From: Cenococcum geophilum
Lineage: Eukaryota
Assembly: GCA_050273025.1 (NCBI GenBank)
Contig: CP158635.1
Coordinates: forward strand, 17,360,001-17,424,000
DNA length: 64,000 nucleotides
Direction of reading: 5' to 3'
Shown here piece by piece: positions 49,813 to 61,619 of the stretch; positions within the stretch are counted from its first letter, which is position 1, and every line of letters starts with the position of its first letter. The notes under the pieces were generated by a model that was not told the origin of the DNA, searched no databases, and worked only from the letters and a program-made list of their open reading frames with translations. The translations under genes and the position numbers were made by a program.

Positions 49813-50375
49813 ATGGCTACAACTGCGGTTTCAGGTATGCTTTCTCCAGAGTCTTTCTATCTGCGTGCCTGGGGATCCTTTCACTCCCCCTCAGCTTGCT
49901 CTATCACAGCACAAGAGCACCATTGACCTGACACTACTGCCACACCTCCACGATTTCCAGCAACAACGCAATTAACGTCCACAGACATCGATGGCACCCC
50001 AACCAACAACCCCTCAGTGCGATTGGAGGACCCCTTTGTCTCGCAGCGCGAAGCCAACAACAACCCATTCGGGGGCGACAAGCTCGCGGACGTAGCCGGC
50101 AACGACGACATGCGGCTGTCTACATCGCCACCGCAGAAGGACCGGCGCATGAGCAAAGAATGGGACGCGTCCAAGGTACCTCCCTCCCGCTTCCAGAAGC
50201 GCGAGGGCAGCATCTACTCAACCCCATCATCCCGCGACGCCCATGTGAAGGGCTCGGAGAGGGATAGGGCGTATCATGATAAGCTGAAGGAGAAGGTGAG
50301 ATCTACCCTAAACGGCCAGAAAACGGCTAGCTGCGGAATGTGATACTAATGGGAGAGCAGGGCTGGAACAAATAA
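49813..50375 (+). CDS. Small (115 aa) hydrophilic fungal protein of unknown function
   Basis: Exons 49813-49834, 49985-50295, 50361-50375 join in frame with canonical GT-AG sites; motif RRMSKEWDASKVPPSRFQKREGSIYSTP. Confidence 0.75.
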
Positions 50376-51535
50376 TCTCCAACGAAAGCTGGGTGTTGTT
50401 TGCAGAGTGGGAAAAGCAGATGTTTGTATGAGTTGCGCGCTGGGTGCCAGAACTGTCGTCATGCTTTTCATACGACTGCATGAGTAAGAAATAGCATGGC
50501 CCGATGTTTCGAGTTGGAATTGGAGTTCGTTCTTCTTCGCTGGTGGCTAAATTGATACTTGCATGTATTAATCACCCGTTATCTCTCCCTCCATCTTTGC
50601 TGCCTCCCTCCATTGTGTGCTGCCGTAGCGACACCTCGCTTTGTCGCAACTCCGGTGAAATTCGTGCGGGTGAAAAACTGTGCATTGTCAGCTGGGCGGG
50701 TTTTGCTCACGCTTGACTGTACACAGAGGTGGCGACGTTTATCTCATAAATCAGATGCTCCGTAGTTGAATTTTAGCCGAACTCAGTTAGATCAGCTCGT
50801 GCTTGGTTGCGGGCAGGCACGCCAGAAAATCGCTCATATCTGCTCCCTATATTTCAAATTCCTTAACGCAGCGTCTGAGAGCCTCAATATTACTGTAATA
50901 TAGAGGTAATAGAGAAGATAAAGAGCATTTGGCTTGCAGTATTTTAAAGATAACTAGACTTAAAGAAGTATATAAGTTTTAGCAGTAAGGCAGAGATTTT
51001 AAAACATTCGTTACTGCTAAAGCTAGGACCATAAGCTGTCAGACCCCTCGTGGAAGATTTGTTTGGATAAGGAGCAGTATGCCCGTGCACGCCGATCCAT
51101 GAGATAAGGTGACATGGCATCGCGAGGTGACGACATCGCTATGACCGCTCTCCCGCCCGTGCGCAACGCACGATCCGGTCCTGGAATGCGTTCGCAGCTC
51201 GTAGGGCTTGGCCTGGCCTGAGCGCCCAAACCACCGATGCTCTTATCATCACGTCCGCATCCACGTCCGCATCCACGTCTTCATACTGCGCCATACTGAG
51301 CATCGAGCGCTGCATATTGCAGAGGGCTCGAAGCTATGAAAAGGAATGTAGAAAAGTTATATATGTATAGGCTGACTTTCCTTTAACAGCAACACTGAAT
51401 ATCATCGTACCCGCAATCTCAAGTCGCAGATAATTTAAGCGCCTCAGAAGCGTATCAAAAGTTAAACTATGGTGATAATGAGGGAATAAGTTTATCTTTG
51501 CATCCATTTCTTTTCCGGAAAATTATAAGCCTCCG

Positions 51536-54500
51536 TGTATAATTACAGCACCTGTCGTACCAACCGCGTGCTTACGCGTTCGGTACGCCGAGTACGCGTT
51601 TACGCGTTTGGTGCACCAACCACCCGCTTACGCGTCTAGTGCACCTCTAAAGCACTGACTAATCAGGGGGGAGGCGCATCAGTATATAGACTATGTAGTC
51701 TGCTTTATATAATCGACAGTCACTATTATCTAAAAGAGCATACGATACTATATGTATTTCGTGCCCCTGGATCTGACTCACTCGTGCTATTAAGTTAGTA
51801 CGAACACTGATTAGTGAGCGCGCACAGATTAGCAATCACTTGATACCTCCCCTAAGCGATACTCGACAGCGACCACCTGTTTAGACTCCTAGTATGACCT
51901 GCTGGAAGGTCAGAAGTTGGGGATTACGGACTATTACCAACTCTGTATACTTATTTAAGTCTTAGTACGGTTTACTGGAAGTTATAGACGCGAATATAGA
52001 CCTTTACGGAACCCCCTATCCTTAACCCCCTTAAACCCTAAACCTCTTCGGACCTTATGGAAACCCTCTACCCTTCTACAAACCGTTACGGACCCGTTAA
52101 TCGCCTTTATGGACTACTATAAGACCCCTTGAACTGTTACGGACCCGCTAATTGATTTTACGGACCGTTATAAGACCTCCTCTACCCGCTATAAGCTACT
52201 ACGACCCGCTATAGCTTATATAGATATATAACGCTATATAATATGGTAGATATAAGCAAGCAAATCAGCGAAGGTTAAAAGAAGTGGAGCTAAGGAGTCG
52301 ACCTTACGTCTACGGACGACGTTAACGACTATATTAATTTCAAAATCCTTAAATACGGACACTATAAGCTTCTAAATAATGACCTATGGGAGTAATATAA
52401 GGAAGACTTTGCGGACTTTACGGAAGCTATTCTAAAGACTTATAACCCTACTGCTATCTATAACCTATGAACCCTTTTACGTTACTAAGGTGTATAGGTT
52501 AAAAAAGATAAATGAGTTACTGTTGTACGGTCCTTATATAACACAATATAGGAGGAAGACCAAACGGAATAGACTAAAGAGAAAATCCTAGACTAGGTTA
52601 AAGCTATAAATAATCTCTCTGCTTCTCCTAAACTTAATGGCATTGCTAGCCTTATACTTAACCTACTTAACTAAATTCGTCCTATAAACCTAAGCAATTT
52701 TGGAATTAATCTTACGGGCTAAAGTATACCTAGTACCCAAGTTACGGACCGTAATACCCCCGTAAACCAAAATATGGACTAAAACCCTTCCGTTAATAAA
52801 GCTATAGATCCACAACCTGCCTAAGTTATAGATCCGCAAGCTATATATCCGTAAACTATATATCTGTAAGCCACATATCCGTAAGCCATAGATCTATAAG
52901 TTATAGATCCGTAATATACCTAAGTAAAGACCTATAGTAAGGAACTAGCTAACCTGGCTAAGCTCTATACCGACGAATCTAAGTATAGCGGTAAAAACGA
53001 TAATTTTAACTTTAAACTGACCATCTTTATGGACCTTTGCTAAAAGGCTGATATTCCTAAATAAGAGTTTAGCTAAGCCTACTCTACTATGCTATGCGGC
53101 CTAGCACTTAACTACTATTATACTAACCTTAAGAGCAACCCCCTTGGTATTCCCTTTAATAAGCTATGTAAAGCTACCCGTAACTACTTTAAAGGACCGG
53201 AATATAAGCGTAATATCCTTACCTAATGGAATGCGACTAAGCTACGGACCGTAATTAATAAGAACACTAAAAAATCGACTATAGAGTGTCTGTAAATCCT
53301 TATTAAAGACCTCCAGCACCTATAGTATGGCCTTAACGCTAAGCTTTAAATAGACAACTTCCTACACAATAAACTTATTACGGCTTACTAGGAAGTAGAG
53401 CCCTGCAAGTATACCTACTATAAGCCTATAGATATCTTAGCTGGCCTTATTAATAATTTACGCTCCTCTATTATAATATACAAAGTCTTAAACCCGCTAG
53501 GTAGTACTTAAGCTTTTGCTACGGATATTTAATATCCGTAAACAGACTTAGATGTCTACTTTATGGACCGCCGCTACCGCTAGTAGTACCCGTACCGACT
53601 AAGTCCTACTCGTAACCCCTATAGCAACTCCCGTATAAAAGTATACCCCCGCAGATAAATAAGCTAGAAGTGCTTTATATATAGTAAGGAAGGATGTTGG
53701 TCTATAAGGTATACCTAGGAAGAACGCAATAAGTCTAAGAAGAGATTTAATAGACGGATTAACTAGTTTATCTTATACTACGAAGGAGAGGAAGTAGAAG
53801 AGTCTTTTGATAAGTTAATGGAAGCCCTAATAATTAACTTTAACTTAGATACTTAGGAACAGGAGATCTTAGAGACGTTCTTAACTACTTTTAGACCTTT
53901 TACGGACAGCTAAGCCTTTAATATTACGACCGTATTAGCCGACCGCTCCTTTACATACTTAATTGTACCCGAAAACTGGCCTATAAGCACACCTATTGGA
54001 CCCGTTACGGATATTATGGACTACGAATAGGACCTATTTGCATATATTATTACAGAACGCTATACCCCTAAGGAATTCTACGGTGTTATAATTGATATAG
54101 GTGCCTTTAAGAAGTCTACCGTAGGCTATAGACAATACCTTATATATAAGACTACTATAGATGATAATACGGACATTAATATTATGTAAACTGGGGCCGT
54201 AAACGTCTAGTTCGGCATTGGCTTAACCGCATTAATTAGATTAGCTAAAGTTAAGACTCTAATTGGCCTAGTTAACTTTTACGTAGTAAAAGTGGATACC
54301 CCCTTCCTACTCTGTTTTGCAGACATGGACAGGCTATAGGTGTACTATAACAATATTACGGACACCTTAATCGGCCCTGTAACTGCCCTAGGAAGCAAGC
54401 ATATCACCTTACTAATTACACGACGATTTAGATATCCGTTCCTTATATAGGGAGAGACCCTACAGACGTATATTTAGGAATTTTTCGACTATAACCCGTG

Positions 54501-57500
54501 CTACCTAACTAGTACGGAGATCTACCGTCTATACTGCTGTTTTGGCTACCCGTTAGCCGAAAAGCTATATAGAGTCCTTAAACGCTCTGGATATGACGTT
54601 AATAGAAAGGCAGTTAATTACCTAACTAAATACTGCTCCTTCTGCTAGAAATACGGACGTTCCCTAGGCTGATTTAAGTTTACCCTTTATAAGGACCTTA
54701 ACTTCAACTACTTAGTATACATAGATATTATATATATTAACGGCAGTTTAGTATTATATATAATTAACGAGGTAACCTACTACTAAGCTGCCCGTTAGTT
54801 ACAAAATATATCTATAAAATATACTTGGGATATTTTACGGACCTACTAGATTAATATATACGTCGGACCTCTGTAGTATATTACCTATAACGCTAGTAAG
54901 AACTTTATTAGTAAGGAATTTTAGCAGTATGCTATAGCTATGGCTATATTAACAAAAGCTATTTTAGTTAAGGCGTATTGGTCTATTGGGCTTATTAAGC
55001 GAGTTTACTTAGCCTTACGGAAAGCTTATTAAATTATTACGGATAAATATAAGGATATCTAAAAGGAACTAGCCCTATAGATGGCTGTAAAAGCTATTAA
55101 CGACACCGCTGGCCCTAATAGACTAGTACCCACCCTCTTGGTCTACGGAGCTTACCTAAGGATAAGCAACCTAGATTTTCCTGCCCCGTCTATTATAGAA
55201 CGAGCAGCTATAATATGGAAGGCGATGGCTAAGATAGTCAAGCTACGGGCTAAATAAACTATTAATAACGCCCTATATTATCGTAACGGACCTAATACGA
55301 CCTTAGTATATAACCTCCCGCTTAACTCTAAAGTCCTTATATGGCGTGAAAGCGGCAAGTGGACTGGACCCTACCGTTTACTAGCTATAGAAAACGAGAC
55401 ATGCTGTGTATAACTTCCTAGCGGCCCGACTAGCTTTAGGAGCACGTCCGTAAAACCCTACTTTTGGCCCGAAGACACCTATGACGTCGAGCTAGATGAA
55501 CTAGAAGTAACTGCCGAGCTAGACAAACTGGAGGTAATTACTGAACTAGATAAACTAGAAGCGACCGCCGAATTAAATAAGTTAGAAGCACCTTTGCCTA
55601 CCCTAGAAGTCCCCCAGAAACCTACTAAACCCACTATACTTACTATAAAGCGTGGTCGAGGACGCCCCCGAAAGCACCCTATAACTAAGAATACTATAAT
55701 AGAGACTTACCTAACCTCCGCAGGAATATCCGCAAGGTAATCTCCGCCTGCGGATATATTAGTTCTAGTATAGGAAACCCCCTTTACGGACTTATAACGT
55801 AAAGAGATTAACGGACTACTTAAAAAGGGCGTCTTTGCGGTTATAACGGAGAAAGACGTTCCGTAAGGCGTCCGTATATTTAACTTACGCTTTATTAACG
55901 AAATTAAGTACCTAGGTACTGATAAAGCTTTTAAAAAATTAAGGCTTGTTATATAAGCCTATAACGACTAAGGGAAGGGCTTAGTCCTTATATAATTGCC
56001 TATAATTTAATAAGTTAGCCAACGGATTATACTTGCACTTATACCCGGACTACAGCAAAGTAAACCTATAGCCCTTTACCTACGGGATATCTTATAAGCC
56101 TATATGCAGTTTAATACCTACCTAAGCAGAGATATCTTTATATAACTATCCTGTAAGCTTAACCTATAATTAGAAACAATTTTATGGGTTATAAAACCTC
56201 TTTACGGAGTACTAGAAGCCGGAAACTATTGGTTTAAGATATACCACTAGCACTATATTAGTAAACTTAAAATGGAATAGTCGACTTATAACCCCTGCCT
56301 CCTATATAGCCCATTAAACGGCCTTAGTATTATTGGACTCTAAACAGATAATACCCTCTTTTTAGTAGACTGGATATTTGCGGACGCTAAAGAGATTAAA
56401 CTGTAAGAAGCTAAGTTCCTAGTAAAGCCGCGAGAGTAGTTAACTAAGTAGACTCTAATTAAGTTTAACGGAGGCTTAATTATATAAAAGGGTAACTTAA
56501 TCTAGCTAACCTAGGAACGCTAAGCTTAAAACCTAAAGCTTATTATAGCAAAGCCTATAGACCTTACTAGTTCCTATAGAGAAACCTATAAGACCGTAAA
56601 TATAAAGGACTAATACGCTGTATAGCGTATAAAAGGCGCCTATATTACTATAGTCTGCCAACCCAAATCTGCCTATAACTTATCCTTTATGGCCTAGGCA
56701 GTAGATCCGTAAGAAGAAAATATTAAGCAGCTTAATAAGCGCATTTAGTGGCAAATTAATAATGCAGTAAGGGGACTTACTTTTATACCACTAGACCTAA
56801 GTTCCCTTAGCTTACTAGCATTTACGGATGCCTCCTTTACTAATAATAAAGACCTGTTATTATAAATCGGCTTTATAATTGTACTTACGGACTATAATTA
56901 GGACGTAAATCTACTGTACTGGTCTTTAATTAAGTGTAAATGAGTAACCTATAGTATACTAGCTTCTAAACTATATATACTAGCTTATAGATTTAATATA
57001 GCAGCCGCAATTAAATTAACGGTTTAGAAGATTCTATAACTAGAGTAGTTACCCCTAGTTTTATGCACTAATTTAAAGTCCCTTTACGACTGCCTAGTTA
57101 AACTAGGTACGATATAAGAGAAGAGGCTTATAGTCGACCTAATGTGCTTATATTAGGCCTATAAACGATATAAGATTATAGAGGTTAAATAGATTAGCAG
57201 TGGAGATAACCTAGTAGACGCTATAACTAAGGCAAAGCCGTATTAAGCTCTTAAAACCCTAATTAATATAAATAAGCTTAACCTAAAGGTTATAGAATGG
57301 GTAGAGCAAGACTAACGGAGCATTTATGGTTTAGCTACGGCCCGTCGGAAGGCCGTATAGTGCATTTATGGCCCGTTAAAAGGCTGTATAGTTTATTTTA
57401 CGGACCGTAAGCAGGACTTACGGCCAGCTTGGAGCACCATTTAGAAGGCAACCCAGAAGGCACCTTAGGAGGGATTTCCTATGTATTTTCTTATGTGTTT

Positions 57501-57836
57501 TATAGTTCTATTAAGACAATTACGGAGGCTATATATAAGTGGTTTCATTTTCTAAGTACTGCCAGTATATAATTACAGCACCTATCGTACTAACCGCGTG
57601 CTTACGCGTTCGGTACGCCGAGTACGCGTTTACGCGTTTAGTGCACCAACCACCCGCTTACGCGTCTAGTGTACCTCTGAAGCACTGACTAATCAGGGGG
57701 GAGGCGCATTAGTATATAGACTACGTAGTCTGCTTTATACAATTGACAGTCACCATCATCCAAAAGAGCATACGATACTATACGTATTTCGTGCCCCTGG
57801 ATCTGACTCACTCGTGCTATTAAGTTAGTACGAACA
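51536..57836 (+). mobile_element. Ty1/Copia LTR retrotransposon (GalEa-like), full length, RIP-inactivated
   Basis: 271-bp LTRs 51536-51806 and 57566-57836; TSD CTCCG (51531-51535, 57837-57841); domain order gag-PR (IDIGA)-INT-RT (KPLYGVLEAGN, GL*TDNTL)-RNase H (FTDASF, DNLVDAITK). Confidence 0.95.
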
Positions 57837-58820
57837 CTCCGTTTCTACCACTTTATGGGATTCTCTGTTTAATTTCCCAAGATTTAGAGACTAGGGTTTC
57901 CATGAACCTCATCCTTAAGAGTTCAGAGATTTAGATTTTTACGAACTCCCCTCTGCTGGATTTCTGACAATTGGGCAACTGGGTACAAATAGGCGTCGCG
58001 ATTCGTGACATCTAATTTCAAAATTAGGGATTCCAAGTTTTATAAACCTCCATCTAAGCCTTTCACGCATAGAGGCTCTATCTGGGGTTCTTAGTCTGCC
58101 TATTTAAAGGACCTAGATACATACTTTACTATAAGGCACTGAATCACCTTTTACAAACTCTTCACCTATACCAAACTTGGAGCTTGTATTGCTACACCCA
58201 GGAAATTTTCGTTTCAATTTTCCAATATCTAGCATTCTAGGATTTTAATTTTCGGGAACTCACATTGTCACTCTTTCGAGCATGGAGGCCCTCTTTAGAC
58301 ATCTTAGCATTCTTATTAAAGATACGTTTTATGATACGGAATCAAATCACCGTTTGAAGTCTTGCTGGACCTACTAAACATCGAGCTTCTATATCTACTG
58401 GTATACGGCGATCCCTCTTTTCAATCTTTCTCATATCCATATATTCTGGAATCTCGATTCTCAGGAATCTCCTTCCGCGAAATCTACGCGCTGTGTAGGA
58501 GGGACCAGAGCCTCAGTCCTGAAAGTTGTAGGGGCAAGAGCTGGGTAGTCTTTTAATAGCTGTCACAGCATTACCACATTCAGACTCGGCGACGAAGGAT
58601 AATAATCCACGATATTTCAAACCAGCCCGACAAGCATAGTCCAGCTCAGTTAAGCGAAAATTATATACACACTGTAACCCAAAACAAATCCAGCGCCCCA
58701 TCCAACCCTCCCTCTCCACCCATCCCAGCCAGAACGCCATACCATGCTCCTAAGAAACCGGCTCCTCATCTCTCCTCAAACACGCCCGCACACACTCTTT
58801 CTTGCTCGCTCTCTCGCTCT

Positions 58821-61246
58821 CTACTCAAACTGATCATCCCTAAACCCCGGCTCATCGTCCGCCCCCCGAATCGGGCCCATCGCCCCCGCGTCCAACAGCG
58901 GCGGCCCACCAACAGCCCCAATAAGACTCTTACGATGCCCCCTCGGACTCCGATCCAGCGTCTCGCTAACCTCCTCCACCATCCCCCCCTCGCCCCCCTC
59001 CTCGCCCTCCCCCTCAAACCCGCGCGCCGCAAGCCGGCACGCAAGCACCGCATCGCGCAGCTCGCCCAGAAAAGCCTGCATCCCCTCAAACGGCAGCGGC
59101 AGCCCGCCATCCGCGCCATACAGCCGCCGCGCCATGTCGAGGCTCTTCTCCGCCTGCAGCGCCTTGTCGAGCTTGAGCCACGCGTCGGCCGCCAGCACGG
59201 CCCACAGCGCCGCCTTGCGCCGCCGCGCGCCCCAGCGCATGCTGCCGACGCCCCCGCGCGCCGCGAAGCACGCGCCCACGCGCCCCGTGAACAGCGCGTG
59301 GCCGACGGGCCCGACGAGCCCGGCGTCGAGGACGCGCGCGGCCCAGCGCGCGGCGTCGTCGGCGGCGTCCCCGCCGCGGAGACGTAGCAGCTCGAGGCCC
59401 AGGGCTAGCGTGCGCAGCGCGTAGTAGGGCGCCGCGCACCGCGTTGCGTAGCTGTAGCTGGCGGCCTCGAGCCAGGTGTCGATGGTGTCGGTGCGGGATT
59501 TGGTAGGGAGTGGCGCGGGGTTCATGAGGGCGGAGACGGCGGCCATTTCGGCGGCGCCCGCGTAGTGCCGCCATGCTTTGTCGTTGGTGAAGTCGGTGCG
59601 GAGTAGGTCGTAGGTGCTGAGGGCGAGCTTGAAGTCGCGCAGCATGAAGGCGTAGTCGGCGAGTTTGCGCATCAGGGCTTCGGGCGCGTCCGGGCGGTAG
59701 AAACCTTGGAGCGAGTCGTAGTTGGAGCCTGATGAGCTTTGCGTGGGTGAGGATGAGGTGCGGTTAGACGAGAAGGGCGTCCAGCGTTTCGAGAGCGACA
59801 TGAAGCGGCCGGAGATGCCGCGGCGCCGCGACAGAATTTGCTCGTTCCAGGTGGCGGTGTTGCGTTCCATCGTGGGGATGATGGATTGTGTGACAAGTTC
59901 TCGGACGAAAGTGCGAAGGGCGGTAACGTCTGAATCGAAGAGGTAGGGAGCCGGATCTGTGATGTCGTCTGCGGCTTCTGTGAGAAGTTTTAGTATATTA
60001 CACATCCATTTGATGAAACAACAGCTTCCAGTTTATTATTCAATACTTCGTTTCTAAGAGAGGAGGGATAAATACCTCGCTTCTGGATCTCCGCAAGCTC
60101 TTCGGCGGCAGATAACCATTCACAAAGCGGAAGCTTGGTGCTATCATCGTCGGAAGGTATGCACTGGTTGCTTTTTAATCTAAGAAGATGACAGTGTAAC
60201 CCAAAATGCCGCTTCATTTGCTCAAAAAGCGCATTGGACTTTGTGATGTCGCTATGTTCTTCATCATGGATGAGAACATAATATCGAAGGAATTCGTTGT
60301 TTACCCATTGGGGTAATCTGTGATTTCCAGTGTTGGTACTACCGTATAGTCGCCGTAATTCTTCTATTGGTGAGGGGTTTCTAGAACTTATTGCAATTAT
60401 GCAGGCTACGGGGTGTGCGAATGTTTCGTGGGGTGTCATGGGGAGCCCCGAGAGTAGCCTTCGCAAGTATAGCGTGTAGAATGGTGATGTTGAACTGTCC
60501 GTGTGCGAAGGTTCATTTTGATGGTTCAGGTAGTCAGAGACTAGGTCGTGTGGCTGCAGCTCAGAATATTGTAGATGACGGTCCACGGCCTCCTCAATCT
60601 GCCCAATATCGCCTCCGGTCCTTGAGAAATTTAGTGATGTCCTTCCGCCGTCTCGATAGCCGTTTGCGCCCTCTGGCCTGACTTCTGTGCTCCTCCTTCC
60701 GGGAACTAACGGTACGCCCAAACCATCTGTCATTCCAGTAAATCGTATGCCAAAATCCTCCCAGCTCCTACTTGCGCCGACGCTGTCCCTAATGGTAACT
60801 TTTCCAGGTACAGATTCCCCAAAAGGTCTGAGCAACTCCAGAAGCCCCCCGGTGAACCCCTTGGCTTTTACTATTTCCTCCGTATCCGCCGACGCCACTA
60901 TAGCTACATGGGGCACAAAGGACCGTAATATTAGGTTTCTCGGTTCATCTGGCCTGCCTGCCGACGAGTTTGCGGGAGACCGAGTTCCATTTGCTCTTGG
61001 GCCAGGAGAAAATATAGAGCCAGGGATGGCTTGTGCGAGTGGAGTGGCAGTACCTGAGCTAGGGCGAGATGACGGGAGTGATGCGGTCGAGGCGAACAGC
61101 GAGGAGAGCGAAGGATTAGAACGCCTATAGGGCAGGCTAGCTATAGAGGAGTTGGGCGACTGTCTCCGCTTAGGTAAGACTATTGAGGACTGCAAATCGG
61201 CGTACTGGGCGGGTTTAAAAGGCGATGCATCTTGCGAAGGCGTCAT
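58821..61246 (-). CDS. TRS85: TRAPP III subunit Trs85/TRAPPC8
   Basis: HETFAHPVACIIAISS, LRYYVLIHDE, MKRHFGLHCHLL, PEALMRKLADYAFMLRD; intron 59978-60075. Confidence 0.92.
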
Positions 61247-61619
61247 GGGAGCCTTCGACGAGGGACCCGGCTGGGAGGATATATGCGCGCGAATGCTAAG
61301 GGACAGCTCATGGATCGTGACGATGGGAAGATCCCAGTGGGAGGGGGTTGAGGGTGGTAATAATGGGGATTGGCGAGTTATTGGTTAGGTGTTGCGCTGG
61401 AAGTTGGAAGTGACGAAGCACCGGAGCAAACGGTGACCTGCACCAGAATTTGAGCATGTGCCATCTCCCCTGCTATACAACCTCCCTTTACGAGCGAATT
61501 AAAGAGACTCTCACACTCGTTTCTTCAAAATACTTCTTCACCACCACTCTAGACACATAAAGTGTGCGGCGTAAATAGTACAGGGTGTGGTAATCCCTCA
61601 TTTAGGCACTCTCACATGA

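Noticed and set aside
57842..58560. Possible gene or TE right of the Copia element
   Set aside because: No credible ORF, terminal repeat or motif found.
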